From an uncultured Methanomicrobiales archaeon (GTDB taxonomy: Archaea; Halobacteriota; Methanomicrobia; Methanomicrobiales; Methanospirillaceae): a stretch of DNA of 64,000 nucleotides. The stretch is taken from assembly GCA_963697895.1 (NCBI GenBank), contig OY969100.1, positions 1,696,001 through 1,760,000 on the forward strand, in the 5' to 3' direction. This document shows positions 31,199 through 42,197 of this stretch, piece by piece. The stretch's first letter is position 1. The number at the start of each line of letters is the position of its first letter. Made by a program: the position numbers and the translations under genes. The notes beneath the pieces are model-generated. The model was not told where the DNA came from, did no database searches, and was given only the letters and a program-made list of their open reading frames with translations.

Positions 31199-33016
31199 GT
31201 GAAGGAAACAAAACAACTGGCAATCCTGGTCATCATCGCCTTCATCGTCGCGGGGGTCGGGCTCAGCCTCGTATACGTCATTCCCGGTCTGATAGAGGGA
31301 GATCTCGTAATCGACTCTTATCAGGCGACCTTTTCTGATAATCTCACTCTTGTCGAGAATTATCAGTACGATGTGAAGGTTTCCGGCCAGTACCGTATGC
31401 TGTTCCGTTACTGGAATGAGCCGCTCTCCCAGACGGCACTCGATGTACCGTACATCGCCTACCTCGATATGGCCGTTCCGGCCGGGACCATCGGCTACGT
31501 CAAGAATTATCTGGGAGTCGTCACCCTGCCGGAGGGTGGCGATCCGGGCACTGCAGCCGTTATCGGACAGATGGCAGAAGACAACGAGGTCGGGATCTAT
31601 AATCCCCGCTACTTCAATTCCGGGACATACGGACCCGAGTATACATTCCAGATCCACCCCCCGGTACAATATGATACCCAGTATGCCCATCTGAACATAA
31701 AACTCGTCGATCAGCACGTCCTCTTCCGGAACGTATCTATAAGCATCCCTGCGCGATCCGTGATCCAACTCTATCCGCATCCATCCTACCTCCGCGTGGA
31801 ACCGGTTGGGGATCGTCTCCTCATCACCGGTCGGGTTGGGCCGAACGAGGTCATCGGGGTAGAGACACTCCTGAACAGGGATGCATTGGACAAAATTGAT
31901 GGGTTTCCCCAATTTGTCCCCGATGTTCAGGGAGAGACTCAGGCAGCAAACCCCTGGTACGAGAGCCTCCCCTATTTCACCGCCATGACTCTCCTGATTC
32001 TGGGAATCGTGGCTGTTTTATTGATACCGTTCCTGTTTATCGCAGTCTATTACCGGTTTGGGCGGGAGATGGAGTTCACGGTCCCCGAATATATGAGTGT
32101 AGTGCCCAACCCGAATATGAAGCCCTGGGCAGTTAATCTCCTGTTCAAAGGGGATGCAATGACCTTTGACCAGGATGGCTATTTTGCAACACTGCTCGAT
32201 CTTCATCGAAAGAAATTCATCCGCATCGTTGAGACCGCGACTCCGAAATCGATCCAAATTACCGTCCTTCAGGATCATTCAGATGATCCGTATGAACAAA
32301 GAGTACTTGCATTCCTGCAGGATGTCTCAAAGGAAGGCGTGGTTGACAGCCTCGCTCTCACGACGCTTGCTGAGCTCGCAAAGAGCGACAGGAAGGCAGA
32401 GTCGGCCATCCTCCGATACCAGCGGGAATTATCGGACGTGACACGGCGGGTGGATCCCCGGTTGATCGCACAATACATCGTAGACGGGCGCGATCACCTT
32501 CTCCCGATCGCTCTTTTCGGTGCGGCATTCTGTGCGGTCTCGGTCATGATGATAGTCATTGCCCCTGTGTTTATTTCGTACCTGGTCCCGGCGACTCTTC
32601 TCTGGGGGGGTGTCATTGTTACGGCAGGGATAGGAATGCTGTTTCCCTCAACGCTCTTCGGGCACTGGAAGGGCGACTCCTACAAAGATAAGCTGGAATG
32701 GGACGCATTCGCGCACTTCCTCTCCGACCTGGCCCTCATGCGGCAGTACGCACCGGGAGACCTTTCCATGTGGGGAGAGTGGCTGGTATATGGAACGGCG
32801 CTCGGGGTCGGAGATAAGGTCGTGAAAGCGATGCAGGAATTGCATATCGATCTGCCGGAGATCGGTGTGCCGCTCGGAATCCAGACCGCATTTGTACCAA
32901 TTCTCTTTTTTGCTCCGGTATCCTCCGGCGGAGGAGGATTTGGCGGAGGAGGATTTGGTGGAGGGGGTTTCGGCGGAGGCGGAGGATTTGGTGGCGGTGG
33001 TGTGGGAGGTCGGTGA
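31199..33016 (+). CDS. DUF2207-family membrane protein with Gly-rich C-terminus
   Basis: Several TM segments, W..F..FL, YGTALGV, GGGFGGGG tail; typical LemA neighbour. Confidence 0.82.
   Translation: MKETKQLAILVIIAFIVAGVGLSLVYVIPGLIEGDLVIDSYQATFSDNLTLVENYQYDVKVSGQYRMLFRYWNEPLSQTALDVPYIAYLDMAVPAGTIGYVKNYLGVVTLPEGGDPGTAAVIGQMAEDNEVGIYNPRYFNSGTYGPEYTFQIHPPVQYDTQYAHLNIKLVDQHVLFRNVSISIPARSVIQLYPHPSYLRVEPVGDRLLITGRVGPNEVIGVETLLNRDALDKIDGFPQFVPDVQGETQAANPWYESLPYFTAMTLLILGIVAVLLIPFLFIAVYYRFGREMEFTVPEYMSVVPNPNMKPWAVNLLFKGDAMTFDQDGYFATLLDLHRKKFIRIVETATPKSIQITVLQDHSDDPYEQRVLAFLQDVSKEGVVDSLALTTLAELAKSDRKAESAILRYQRELSDVTRRVDPRLIAQYIVDGRDHLLPIALFGAAFCAVSVMMIVIAPVFISYLVPATLLWGGVIVTAGIGMLFPSTLFGHWKGDSYKDKLEWDAFAHFLSDLALMRQYAPGDLSMWGEWLVYGTALGVGDKVVKAMQELHIDLPEIGVPLGIQTAFVPILFFAPVSSGGGGFGGGGFGGGGFGGGGGFGGGGVGGR
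32927..33010 (+). repeat. Coding low-complexity repeat (GGN GGN GGN GGN TTY)n encoding GGGGF units
   Basis: ggcggaggaggattt tandem units at the end of the DUF2207 gene. Confidence 0.85.
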
Positions 33017-33124
33017 GCATATCCCCACATCAAATCAGGAAAGCGGGTGAGACCCTGATCAATTCGGATCCATCAATCTGTTTATCGTGATAAAAGAGCA
33101 AAAGATCAGGGATCAGGATCCATC

Positions 33125-33577
33125 ATGCAGTATGCACAGGGACGATGGGGAAGAGTATTCGTCGTGCGGATAGACCACGGTGAGGACCTGCTGCTTACCC
33201 TTCACCAGTTCATCGTGGAAAACGGCATCCGGAATGGGTTCGTCCAGTTTCTCGGGGCGCTCGGAGAGGGTCTGATGGTCACCGGCCCGGAGCATCTGAT
33301 TCTCCCTCCTGAACCACATTTTGAAAATTTCGAAGGAGGATGGGAACTCTTCGGGATAGCGACGATCTTTCCCGCAGAACAGGGGCCCCGAATCCATCTA
33401 CATGCATCCGTCGGCAGAGGGGGAGATTCGATGACCGGTTGTCTCCGGGAGCGTGCAGTAACGTATATCGTTGTAGAAGCAGTTGTCATGGAGATCAAGG
33501 GATTATCCGGGATGATACGTCACGATGCACGGACAGGGCTTTCATTACCCTCATTCGATAAGGAACCCATGGAATGA
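33125..33577 (+). CDS. PPC-domain (DUF296) protein
   Basis: RIDHGEDL, LGAL, IHLHASVG motif. Confidence 0.85.
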   Translation: MQYAQGRWGRVFVVRIDHGEDLLLTLHQFIVENGIRNGFVQFLGALGEGLMVTGPEHLILPPEPHFENFEGGWELFGIATIFPAEQGPRIHLHASVGRGGDSMTGCLRERAVTYIVVEAVVMEIKGLSGMIRHDARTGLSLPSFDKEPME

Positions 33578-35478
33578 ACGAATCCCGGCAGGGATCCCTG
33601 TGGTCCCCCATGAGTGGTAAGAAGGGGGAAGAGATAGGTATCGAACAACCGAGATTTCTTCCGATGTCCCGGGAAGAGGCGAAGATCCTTGGGATCGACA
33701 GGTTTGACATCATCCTCGTGAGCGGAGACGCCTACGTTGACCATCCCTCATTTGCGACCGCCCTCCTCGGTCGGGTCCTCTGGAATGCGGGGTTTTCAGT
33801 GGGGGTGATCGCACAGCCTGACTGGCGGGAAGATACCGCATTCCTGGGCCTGGGAGCACCCCGGCTCTTTTTCTCCGTTTCCTCGGGAAATGTTGATTCG
33901 ATGGTCAATCACTATACCGCAAACCTGAAGCGGCGGAGTGGAGATGTATATTCGCCAGGTGGGGCGATCAGAAGGCCAGATCGGGCTACAATCGTATATA
34001 CTAACCGCTTGCACGCACTTTTTCCCGGTACTCCCCTGATAATCGGGGGGATTGAAGCAAGTCTCCGAAGGTTCGCACATTATGACTACTGGTCTGACCG
34101 GGTACGGCAGGGGATTCTCGCGGATGCCCCGGCCGATATCCTGGTGTTCGGAATGGGTGAGCGGCAGCTGATAGAGATTGCGGGACGCCTTGCAACCGGA
34201 GAATCTATTGCAAAACTCACTGCCATATCCGGTACCGCGTACCGGGAAAATCTTGGTACGTGGAGGAGCACAAGTCACCCGGACCAAATTAGCCTACCCT
34301 CTTTCACAACGGTTTCGACGGATAAAAGGGCATATGCCCAAGCATTTGCGATCCATAGCGGAGAACAGGATCCCTTCCGGGGAAGACCGGTTGCGCAGGA
34401 ACATCCAAAGACCGTCATCATCCAGAATTCTCCCGCCCTGCCGCTTTCCGCCAGTGAGCTGGACTCCATCCATGAATTGCCCTATACCCGGAGATCCCAT
34501 CCGTCATACCGGGAGCCGGTTCCGGCGCTCGGCCCTGTCGAATTTTCGGTGGTATCTCACAGAGGTTGTTTCGGGGGCTGTGCATTCTGCGCTCTCAGTC
34601 ATCATCAGGGCCGGATTGTCCAGAGCCGCAGTGAAGATTCCATCGTGCGTGAGGTGATGCGGTTGACGAGGATGCCCGGTTTCCGGGGAATCATCCATGA
34701 TATCGGAGGACCGACGGCGAACATGTACGGGTCGTCCTGCGCACGCTGGGAGGGGAGTGGCACGTGTTCCGACAAACCCTGCACCACCGGGTGTGCCCTC
34801 CTGTCCCTGGCGCATGAGCGCCAGATCCACCTGCTCAGGCGGCTCCGTGCCATACCGGGAGTAAAAAAGATCTTTATCGGATCCGGCATCCGGTATGACC
34901 TGGTTCTTGCGGACCCGGCACCGTACCTGGAAGAAATCTGCAGGCATCACATATCCGGGCACCTGAAGGTCGCACCCGAACATATATCCCCCCATGTGAC
35001 GGACTGCATGAGGAAACCGGCCGTCGGAACTTTTGAAACGTTCCTGGTAAAATTTGAGGAACTGCAGAAAGGAAAAGAGAGGAGGGAATACCTGCTTCCC
35101 TACTTTATGTCAGGTCACCCGGGATGTTCTCTCAATGATATGATCGATCTCGCCTGCTATATACGGGATCGTCACCTGTACACGGAGCAGGTTCAGGACT
35201 TCACTCCCACGCCCATGAGTCTTTCGACCTGTATGTATTACACGGGACTCGACCCGTTCACCCTGCAACCGGTACATATCCCGAAAAAAAGGGAGAAACA
35301 AATCCAACGGGCTCTCCTCCATTTCAGGGAACCGAAAAACCGGGCTCTTGTACGGGAGGGTCTTACTCGCGCAGGACGGGGCGATCTGATCGGATCCGGC
35401 CCTGGAGACCTCATCTCCGGCAAATCAGAGGATGCGGCCCGGGTTGGATCGAAAGGGAAAAAGAACCCGACGGGGTAG
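33574..35478 (+). CDS. YgiQ-family radical SAM protein (UPF0313)
   Basis: GDAYVDHPSF, GGIEASLRR, RGCFGGCAFC, GGPTANMY, LKVAPEH, QDFTPTP. Confidence 0.92.
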   Translation: MNESRQGSLWSPMSGKKGEEIGIEQPRFLPMSREEAKILGIDRFDIILVSGDAYVDHPSFATALLGRVLWNAGFSVGVIAQPDWREDTAFLGLGAPRLFFSVSSGNVDSMVNHYTANLKRRSGDVYSPGGAIRRPDRATIVYTNRLHALFPGTPLIIGGIEASLRRFAHYDYWSDRVRQGILADAPADILVFGMGERQLIEIAGRLATGESIAKLTAISGTAYRENLGTWRSTSHPDQISLPSFTTVSTDKRAYAQAFAIHSGEQDPFRGRPVAQEHPKTVIIQNSPALPLSASELDSIHELPYTRRSHPSYREPVPALGPVEFSVVSHRGCFGGCAFCALSHHQGRIVQSRSEDSIVREVMRLTRMPGFRGIIHDIGGPTANMYGSSCARWEGSGTCSDKPCTTGCALLSLAHERQIHLLRRLRAIPGVKKIFIGSGIRYDLVLADPAPYLEEICRHHISGHLKVAPEHISPHVTDCMRKPAVGTFETFLVKFEELQKGKERREYLLPYFMSGHPGCSLNDMIDLACYIRDRHLYTEQVQDFTPTPMSLSTCMYYTGLDPFTLQPVHIPKKREKQIQRALLHFREPKNRALVREGLTRAGRGDLIGSGPGDLISGKSEDAARVGSKGKKNPTG

Positions 35479-35565
35479 TGCTTTTATCACGACAGACTGT
35501 CGCGGAGAACCGGGAAAGTCACCGAAATCCCCGGGATTCCTGATTTCAGGCCCATTTTTCAGGCT

Positions 35566-36006
35566 TCAATCCTCGACCCCCTCATTCACACAGGGGATGC
35601 ATTTTGCCATTTTTTCATCGATGATCCGGTATGCATTGGCGAGAACCGACGAGTTGGATATGAGGCCAGCCAGGAGTATGACCTCCAGTATCTCCTCGCG
35701 CGAAGCGCCTTTTTTGAGTGCAGCCTGCATGTGATACCCGGTGCAGTGTTGACACCGGAGTGCCGCTCCGACCGCAAGGCTGATCAGTTCCACGTATTTC
35801 GGGTCAAGAGCACTCGTCTGTGCAACGGTACCCTTATAGAGCAGGTGTGAGATGAGCACCTCCGGTCGTTCTGACATCCGTTTGAATATAAGGGGTGTCC
35901 TTCCGTATTCGTGCTCTATATTGTGCATCCATTCCTCGGCGGTGTCCCTGCATCCCCGCTCCACGATCTGGGTGAGCAGATCCTCAAACTCGGTCATATC
36001 AGACAT
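35566..36006 (-). CDS. Carboxymuconolactone decarboxylase / AhpD-like protein
   Basis: LDPKYVELISLAV, CQHC..YH, GASREEILE. Confidence 0.85.
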   Translation of the reverse strand: MSDMTEFEDLLTQIVERGCRDTAEEWMHNIEHEYGRTPLIFKRMSERPEVLISHLLYKGTVAQTSALDPKYVELISLAVGAALRCQHCTGYHMQAALKKGASREEILEVILLAGLISNSSVLANAYRIIDEKMAKCIPCVNEGVED

Positions 36007-36437
36007 AATGCCCCAACGTCTATAGTCGTTTATCTTCCATATATTCAGCATCAGGAACCTAAAAAGGGTGTGATCCTGCAGGAGCAGTCTCTTGGGGAGG
36101 AAAAGTTCAGCAGGGTGAAAGGGATCGGAACCGGATTAAAGAATCCGTCGATCATATCCTATCCAGCTGCATTCGGGATTAATTCTGGGCCTTTTAAAGT
36201 ATAGAAAAACATCCCCTTACCATGAGTGACCCAATCAGTACAAGGTCCTGATCATCGAATCCTGATGAAAAAGAAGGAAACAAGAACACCGGGGGTGAAG
36301 GCAATCGATCATCCAACCCAACTTGAGAAATCTCTCCCCCCATCTTGGTAAGACCGCGAATACCCATCCCTGACAGGAACACCAGAAACCCCGGATTGAA
36401 TGCGAACTTATATGGGTATAAGAATCCGATGCCCCAT

Positions 36438-36971
36438 ATGGAACGATCCCATCCATGGTATGGTCCATTCATTACCCTCTCTGCCATCATGTTTCTGATT
36501 ATTGTCTCTGTTCTCTGTACCGGGTGCTTCGAAGAAGGACCGGGAGCCCCGGCAGGGAACCAGTCCTCACCTGCTGTTTCTGCTTCGCCCTCACCGTCTT
36601 TGATCTCCACGTCAGCACCGGGGCCGATGGCGACACCGCTCCCGGGCCTTGGGTACATCAGACGCCCCTATGGGTATGTGGCGTATGAGTCCACGACATC
36701 CCAGCCGGTGAGCGTCCAGGATAACGGGCAGATCGGAATCGATCCATCGGGTCACCAGGTCATCACCGGGAAGATAAAAAACGTCGGCGCGGAGCGTATA
36801 GACTTGCTCGTGATTACTATCAACCTTTATAATGCGAACGGAGAAGTGATAGGAAACACGTATGCGAGCGTCGATTACCTCGCCCCAGGGGCGGTTTGGA
36901 AGTTCCGTTCAACCCCGTTTGACTATCCCGATTACCAATTCCATCAGATATCCGAGATCTTCACGGGATAA
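36438..36971 (+). CDS. Secreted or lipoprotein-like FxLYD-domain protein
   Basis: Signal peptide ending CTGC, Pro/Ser linker, ITGKIKN...INLYNANGEVIG...LAPG; TTATAT 25 nt upstream of ATG 36438. Confidence 0.7.
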   Translation: MERSHPWYGPFITLSAIMFLIIVSVLCTGCFEEGPGAPAGNQSSPAVSASPSPSLISTSAPGPMATPLPGLGYIRRPYGYVAYESTTSQPVSVQDNGQIGIDPSGHQVITGKIKNVGAERIDLLVITINLYNANGEVIGNTYASVDYLAPGAVWKFRSTPFDYPDYQFHQISEIFTG

Positions 36972-37007
36972 TTTCCCGGAGGAGATTCTCTTTTTCGGAA
37001 CGATCCG

Positions 37008-37946
37008 TTACACCATCAGGTTTGTCTCAGAGAACGGTTTTATCCTGACCAGGATATAATCGCGCATCCGCGAGGGAAGGACCAGGGCGATATCTCCTAT
37101 GGTAACTCCCCCTTCTATCTCTATCCGACGAAGTTCTCCGGCGTATGTATCATAGGGGAGTTTCACCCGAAGGCCCGTTATCTGGACCGTGATGGGAGTC
37201 GGCGAGAGCACTTCATGAATCGCGTCCATTTTTTCCTTGATCACATCCATCAGGCGTGCGGGAGAGACCGAAATAGGGTCCTTTCCAATCGCCTCCCTGC
37301 GCAGGTCGAGTACCCGGGTGATTTCCGCGACGATCTCATCCAGTTTGGCAATCTCTTCTGATTCCTGCGTCCGATGCATAAACCGCCCGACGTTGCCGAC
37401 ATACCCGTCCACCGGTGGGTCAATAATTCGCATCAGGGTCTCCCGGTCAGGCCCTCCCGAGACGACGATCGGCACCTCGATTCCGCGCCTGAGTGTCGGG
37501 AACTTATATTCGATACAGGTTTCGAAATCTCCGAAGAGGAATAAGGCAAGGTCATGCTCGTTGATTACATCACGCTCTTCATCATTGAGCTGGGAGATTC
37601 TTTTTCCAAACCCCCGGGCAAGACCCACCATGTTCGTCTTCGCTCCGAATCGTCTTATGTACTCAGCCACGTCACAGGACGCATGCGGAAGATGGTGGAT
37701 CTCCAGGCTCATGCTTACGACCGCGATCTCCGTACCAACAAGTGGTGCCGGTTCCAGCTCGCCCATCAGGGGCTTGGCCACCGTCTGAATGAGGGGAATA
37801 TCCTCTTTCGGAACGAGCGCCTGTAGTATTACTTCCTGTCCGATCAGGTGTTTCTGAATAATATATCCACCCAGATCCTCGATCAGGTCGATGATCTCAT
37901 CATGACGGTACACCCCCCCCTTGTAGGTGACCGGGACGAGAATCAC
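37008..37946 (-). CDS. Methanogenesis marker protein 7
   Basis: YKGGVYRH, APLVGTEIAVVS, HHLPHASCDVAEYIRR, INEHD. Confidence 0.9.
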   Translation of the reverse strand: MILVPVTYKGGVYRHDEIIDLIEDLGGYIIQKHLIGQEVILQALVPKEDIPLIQTVAKPLMGELEPAPLVGTEIAVVSMSLEIHHLPHASCDVAEYIRRFGAKTNMVGLARGFGKRISQLNDEERDVINEHDLALFLFGDFETCIEYKFPTLRRGIEVPIVVSGGPDRETLMRIIDPPVDGYVGNVGRFMHRTQESEEIAKLDEIVAEITRVLDLRREAIGKDPISVSPARLMDVIKEKMDAIHEVLSPTPITVQITGLRVKLPYDTYAGELRRIEIEGGVTIGDIALVLPSRMRDYILVRIKPFSETNLMV

Positions 37947-38521
37947 AGTGTCTCCCCCATCCGGGTGAACTGCTCCCGAACCATATCAATCACGTCTTCG
38001 GGCAGGGTGTCTTCGCTCGCGACGAGATAAAACTTATTTTTCCCGTAATACTGGCGCCTGACCTTGAACCCCTCCGGTTGTATACACTGAAGGGCATAGA
38101 TCAGATCCTTATACATCGATTCGCTCGGGTCCAGGACTACGAGGTCTTCCAGCCCTGCAGATTCGGCAGGCGTCAGCTCCATCTGGATAGTAAAGCGATC
38201 CGGCTGCATAACTTTCTCCTTTCCGAACCGGTCCCACAGAATTTTGAGAAGAGGTGCGAGATAGGTCTCGTCCCCGATGGAGATTATCACTTTAGTCTCC
38301 TGAATATTGACGTCTGCAAAGTCACGCAGATGGACGAGGCTGGGGAGTTTCCGTGTCTCTCCGACGGCGATGAAGATCGGAACCCTTGGATCTATGAAAA
38401 TGTGCAATTTTTTTATTACCTTGATCAGGTCGTGGTCCAGAAGGACAACCTCCGCAATCCGCCGGTAATAATCTCCACCTTTTGGTTCGGGGCACTCTAC
38501 CTCAAAATGTTCCAGAGCCAT
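37943..38521 (-). CDS. Methanogenesis marker protein 17
   Basis: VECPE..G...Y, DETY, PEGFKVRR; cluster position. Confidence 0.85.
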   Translation of the reverse strand: MALEHFEVECPEPKGGDYYRRIAEVVLLDHDLIKVIKKLHIFIDPRVPIFIAVGETRKLPSLVHLRDFADVNIQETKVIISIGDETYLAPLLKILWDRFGKEKVMQPDRFTIQMELTPAESAGLEDLVVLDPSESMYKDLIYALQCIQPEGFKVRRQYYGKNKFYLVASEDTLPEDVIDMVREQFTRMGETL

Positions 38522-39760
38522 CTAATCCTCTTTGATGAAACCAGATGCAAGAAGGGCAGATCCGACCGCACCGATATATTGAGAGTGATGTGGCACGACG
38601 ATCTGTGTCTGGAGGAGCTGCCCCATTGCATATACCAGGCCTTCGATCAGTGAGGTACCGCCGACCATAATGACCGGCTCTCTTATGTCGATCTCCTGTA
38701 ATTGCTGTTCGAACACCTGTTCAGCGACACTGTGGCAGGCTGCAGCTGCCACGTCCTCGGGCAGGCTTCCGGCTGCAAGGGCATTGACGAGACTCTGGGT
38801 ACCGAATACAATGCAATAACTGTTCATCGGTACCTGCCGGGAGATCCCTTTCATTGCCAGGGGACCGAGTTCGGTGATATCCACCCCGAGCCTCTTTGCA
38901 GTCATTTCGAGGAACCGCCCGCTCGCCCCGGCACAGATCCCTCCCATCGTGAACGTACCCGGTATGCCGTCCTGAACGCTGATTGCCTTGTTATCCATCC
39001 CTCCGATGTCGATGACAGTCGCCGGGCCATGCTGGGTCCCTGCCAGGTAGACGGCCCCTTTAGAATTAACCGTCAACTCCTCCTGGACCAGGTCCGCCCT
39101 TATCTTTTCCCCCACCAGGAACCGGCCGTATCCCGTCGTGCCAACCGCCTCAATCTCATCACGCTTCACTCCGGCCTCTTCGAGTGCCAACCGGATCACA
39201 GCCTCCGCACTGTCCACAACACCGGTGGTTGGGAGCCAGCCGGTGCCGATGATCGCGTTGTCTCTCATGACAATCGCCTTCGTGGTGCTCGATCCGCTAT
39301 CAACCCCAAGAGTAAGCCCTTTTTGTACCTCACGCGCAAGGAGTGCTCTCCGGCGCGCAATGGTGGTCAATGCTTCCATCCGGGTAAGAAGCGTCCCTGC
39401 GGTGGTCCGCTCGGTGAACGAATAGCTGACCACCGGCAGTTTTGAATTTTCATGGATGTACCGGCGCAGCTCGTTTCTCACTATCGCGGCCTCCGCGCAC
39501 CGGAAACAGGTCGCTATGAAGACCGCATCGGCCTCAACCCGTCCTTCCACCAGTGCTCTCGCCCGTGCGATGGCAAGTTTAAGGTCAGGGCTCCTGACAT
39601 CGAGGCCGAACTGGTCAAACCCCTTGGTGATGTCAGAGAGCTTGATATCCGGGAAGAATATCTCTGCGTCTACGGCTTTTGCTGCTTCTTCGATCTCCCC
39701 CTGTACCCCACTGTATTCCGGGCCGCAGGAGAGCTGGGCAATCCGAACCGGTTGAGTCAT
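38522..39760 (-). CDS. Methanogenesis marker protein 15 (BadF/BcrAD-type ATPase domain)
   Basis: [46 protein letters not shown]. Confidence 0.92.
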   Translation of the reverse strand: MTQPVRIAQLSCGPEYSGVQGEIEEAAKAVDAEIFFPDIKLSDITKGFDQFGLDVRSPDLKLAIARARALVEGRVEADAVFIATCFRCAEAAIVRNELRRYIHENSKLPVVSYSFTERTTAGTLLTRMEALTTIARRRALLAREVQKGLTLGVDSGSSTTKAIVMRDNAIIGTGWLPTTGVVDSAEAVIRLALEEAGVKRDEIEAVGTTGYGRFLVGEKIRADLVQEELTVNSKGAVYLAGTQHGPATVIDIGGMDNKAISVQDGIPGTFTMGGICAGASGRFLEMTAKRLGVDITELGPLAMKGISRQVPMNSYCIVFGTQSLVNALAAGSLPEDVAAAACHSVAEQVFEQQLQEIDIREPVIMVGGTSLIEGLVYAMGQLLQTQIVVPHHSQYIGAVGSALLASGFIKED

Positions 39761-40203
39761 GCAGATTTCTCCAGGCCGTCGAGGAATTGTCTGATGGCGG
39801 CCACAAATTCTTCCCCTTCTTTATCATTTCGCGGGTAATTCAGGTCAAGGACCGGGATCTTTCTCTTCTTTAACAAAAACACGATCAGTTCATTCGTACG
39901 GGCACACCCCATACACCCGAAGGCAAGATCTGCGTCATGTATCACGATGGCGGCATCGGCTTCTTCGATCATCGGGCCATAAAGGGACATCCTGCCTCGC
40001 ACACCGGAAGGAACCTCAACTGCTGCATATTTGAGCCCTTTTTTCGGGTCTTCCGGCGTAATCTGGAGGGGTGGGGACTCGAGACCAGCGGTCTGGACAT
40101 GTTCGCGGATTGCCATTGCTGCGCTGAGCGGGGTATGACCGAACCGGGCGACCAGATCAGAGAGGATGAGACTGGTAGCCGGATAGATGAATACCTTGGC
40201 CAT
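39757..40203 (-). CDS. Methanogenesis marker protein 5
   Basis: [39 protein letters not shown]. Confidence 0.92.
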   Translation of the reverse strand: MAKVFIYPATSLILSDLVARFGHTPLSAAMAIREHVQTAGLESPPLQITPEDPKKGLKYAAVEVPSGVRGRMSLYGPMIEEADAAIVIHDADLAFGCMGCARTNELIVFLLKKRKIPVLDLNYPRNDKEGEEFVAAIRQFLDGLEKSA

Positions 40204-40204
40204 A

Positions 40205-40663
40205 TCAGGGCTCCTCCTTCTCGATAATCTTCTTTAATTTATAGAGTTCGAGCCTCTTCTCCGGAGCGGGACAGGGAGGAGTTGGAACTGCTTCTTTCGA
40301 CCTTTGCGGGAGCATCTCCAATCCGTGAGTCACATGCCTGATGATTCCTAATTCACACTCGTGTCCATGGAACCCGGGCCGTGCTCCGCCGAGATTTGCC
40401 CGACACCTCCGGCGATCCCCGGGCGGAAATCCACGGTCCTTTACGAAGATATGATTCGGGTCGATCTCTCGCAGTTGAGTGACCACCCTGGTCACTTCTT
40501 CTTCCGTCCCCGTGATCTGGAGCCCGAAACAGGTCTCCTTGATCATTACCCCTTCTGAAATCTCATATGCCCTGATTGCGAGGTCCGACGGGGTGAGATC
40601 CGGTGATTCAATAAAGACATATTTGGTCACTGTTCCCACATGCCGGGGCCGGTATTCGGTCAT
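40205..40663 (-). CDS. Methanogenesis marker protein 6
   Basis: IKETCFG, FVKDRGFPPGD.RRCRA, RPGFH. Confidence 0.9.
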   Translation of the reverse strand: MTEYRPRHVGTVTKYVFIESPDLTPSDLAIRAYEISEGVMIKETCFGLQITGTEEEVTRVVTQLREIDPNHIFVKDRGFPPGDRRRCRANLGGARPGFHGHECELGIIRHVTHGLEMLPQRSKEAVPTPPCPAPEKRLELYKLKKIIEKEEP

Positions 40664-42186
40664 CTCCTCTCCTCCCTGATGTACACAGTCTCTTTTTCGC
40701 GGATATGCTTTAGCTTCCCGATGTCGACGACCGTCCCGAGCAGATTGGTCCCCTCAAATGGTTCTGAAGTCGGACCAAATTCCCTGCTCTCCCCGAGCCG
40801 TATCCCGACCAATCCTACCCCCTGCCGTGAGTCGTTGGTTATAGCGAGGGCATTGGCTGGTGAAGTATCATGCGGAAGGTTTTCAGGATTGATCCGTACA
40901 CCTGTGGGGAGCTCCGGTTTGAAGAGATATACATCTTCAAAATGGAAATATAATGGCAATCTACCGATATTGTGTGTATCAAGCCCGGTTAGTTTCCGGA
41001 ATATCGCGCAGGATACCGGGGCATGGAGATCATCGAGGACGATGCCAATCACCTTTTCAAGAGGAACGGTGGTTAATTGAACGGCTCCCCCCGCCAGGAC
41101 TTCGAGGGTGGAACCGGGTTTCTGATCTACAACGACCCCTGCGTCCTGACGCTTCCCGTCCGCGATTGTAATCCCCCGTTCATGGGCATATTCTCTGGCT
41201 TCGGACAGCGAACGGCCGACGAGGTCGAATCTCTCCGGTTCCGTTCTGATACAGAGAATATGTCCTTCCCGTGCGAGTCGGGCGAGCTCTATGCCATGTT
41301 CTACCTGTCCTACCGTGCTGTGGGCCGGGGACCCCGGGACATCTGCCGTGTAGATATACACGCTCCCCCGTTCCCGCCCCCGTGTCCGCACCGTCACCGC
41401 CCCCTCGCGTCTCGGTTCCTTTATCTCCTCCGGCACATACGTTGCCGCAAGTCGTTCATCCCTGATGTGGGTGCTGGACGAACGTCCGACTACGAAATGT
41501 CCCTGTTCCATCGCCATAAGCAAATGTTCCACGCTCAATGCAGCACCAGTTTCAATTTTCCCGGGGCTGTACCCGAGCGCTGCAACTTTGATATATGTGA
41601 TGATCTGCATTCCGTCTTCCAACGGAAGTCCCACCTCAGTTGTCGCGAACGAACGACTCGTGTCAGCCCAGGCGATAACCGGTTCAATCCGGGTGATATG
41701 GTCCCCCGTACTCCACCGGTCGATTACTCCCTTTCCACTCACCACTCTCCCGACCACTCCGCCGCCGGCTCGTGCCCCCACATCTGATGCATGCCTCAGT
41801 TTGGCGAAGACGATATAGGAGGTTTTAGGGTCATAACCACCGCATCCGAGGATCACATCGCCCCGCTCATAGAGATAGGGTGTGCGGGAAGGCACTATCG
41901 TGCTTTCAAACGGACCGAAGGCTGCGGCATACCTGTCCACCCAGTGAAGAGCAAGTTTTGGCACGAGTTCGTTGTCCAGATCTACTGGCACCTCCGGAAC
42001 AGTCACCTCGATGACGATCTCTCCCGCAGTTGTACTCACCTGCAGGTTCTGTGACCTGCCCGCTTCCTGTGTACCGGGGCGGATGACCGCGATAGCGCAT
42101 ACCGCGTCCCTCTCCGGAAGGATATCTGACAGGATGCTGCCGTCAGGAATCTCCCTCCGCTCCCCATCGACCTGGATGGCGATCAT
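40660..42186 (-). CDS. Methanogenesis marker protein 3 (cyclophilin-like MCR-associated protein)
   Basis: AAFGPF, HSTVGQV.HGIEL, FGPTSEPFEGTN; cluster position. Confidence 0.88.
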   Translation of the reverse strand: MIAIQVDGERREIPDGSILSDILPERDAVCAIAVIRPGTQEAGRSQNLQVSTTAGEIVIEVTVPEVPVDLDNELVPKLALHWVDRYAAAFGPFESTIVPSRTPYLYERGDVILGCGGYDPKTSYIVFAKLRHASDVGARAGGGVVGRVVSGKGVIDRWSTGDHITRIEPVIAWADTSRSFATTEVGLPLEDGMQIITYIKVAALGYSPGKIETGAALSVEHLLMAMEQGHFVVGRSSSTHIRDERLAATYVPEEIKEPRREGAVTVRTRGRERGSVYIYTADVPGSPAHSTVGQVEHGIELARLAREGHILCIRTEPERFDLVGRSLSEAREYAHERGITIADGKRQDAGVVVDQKPGSTLEVLAGGAVQLTTVPLEKVIGIVLDDLHAPVSCAIFRKLTGLDTHNIGRLPLYFHFEDVYLFKPELPTGVRINPENLPHDTSPANALAITNDSRQGVGLVGIRLGESREFGPTSEPFEGTNLLGTVVDIGKLKHIREKETVYIREERR

Positions 42187-42197
42187 CCGGCACACCA

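Noticed and set aside
32927-33010. Tandem G-rich repeat considered as a CRISPR array or VNTR
   Set aside because: In-frame Gly-rich tail typical of DUF2207 proteins; no spacers
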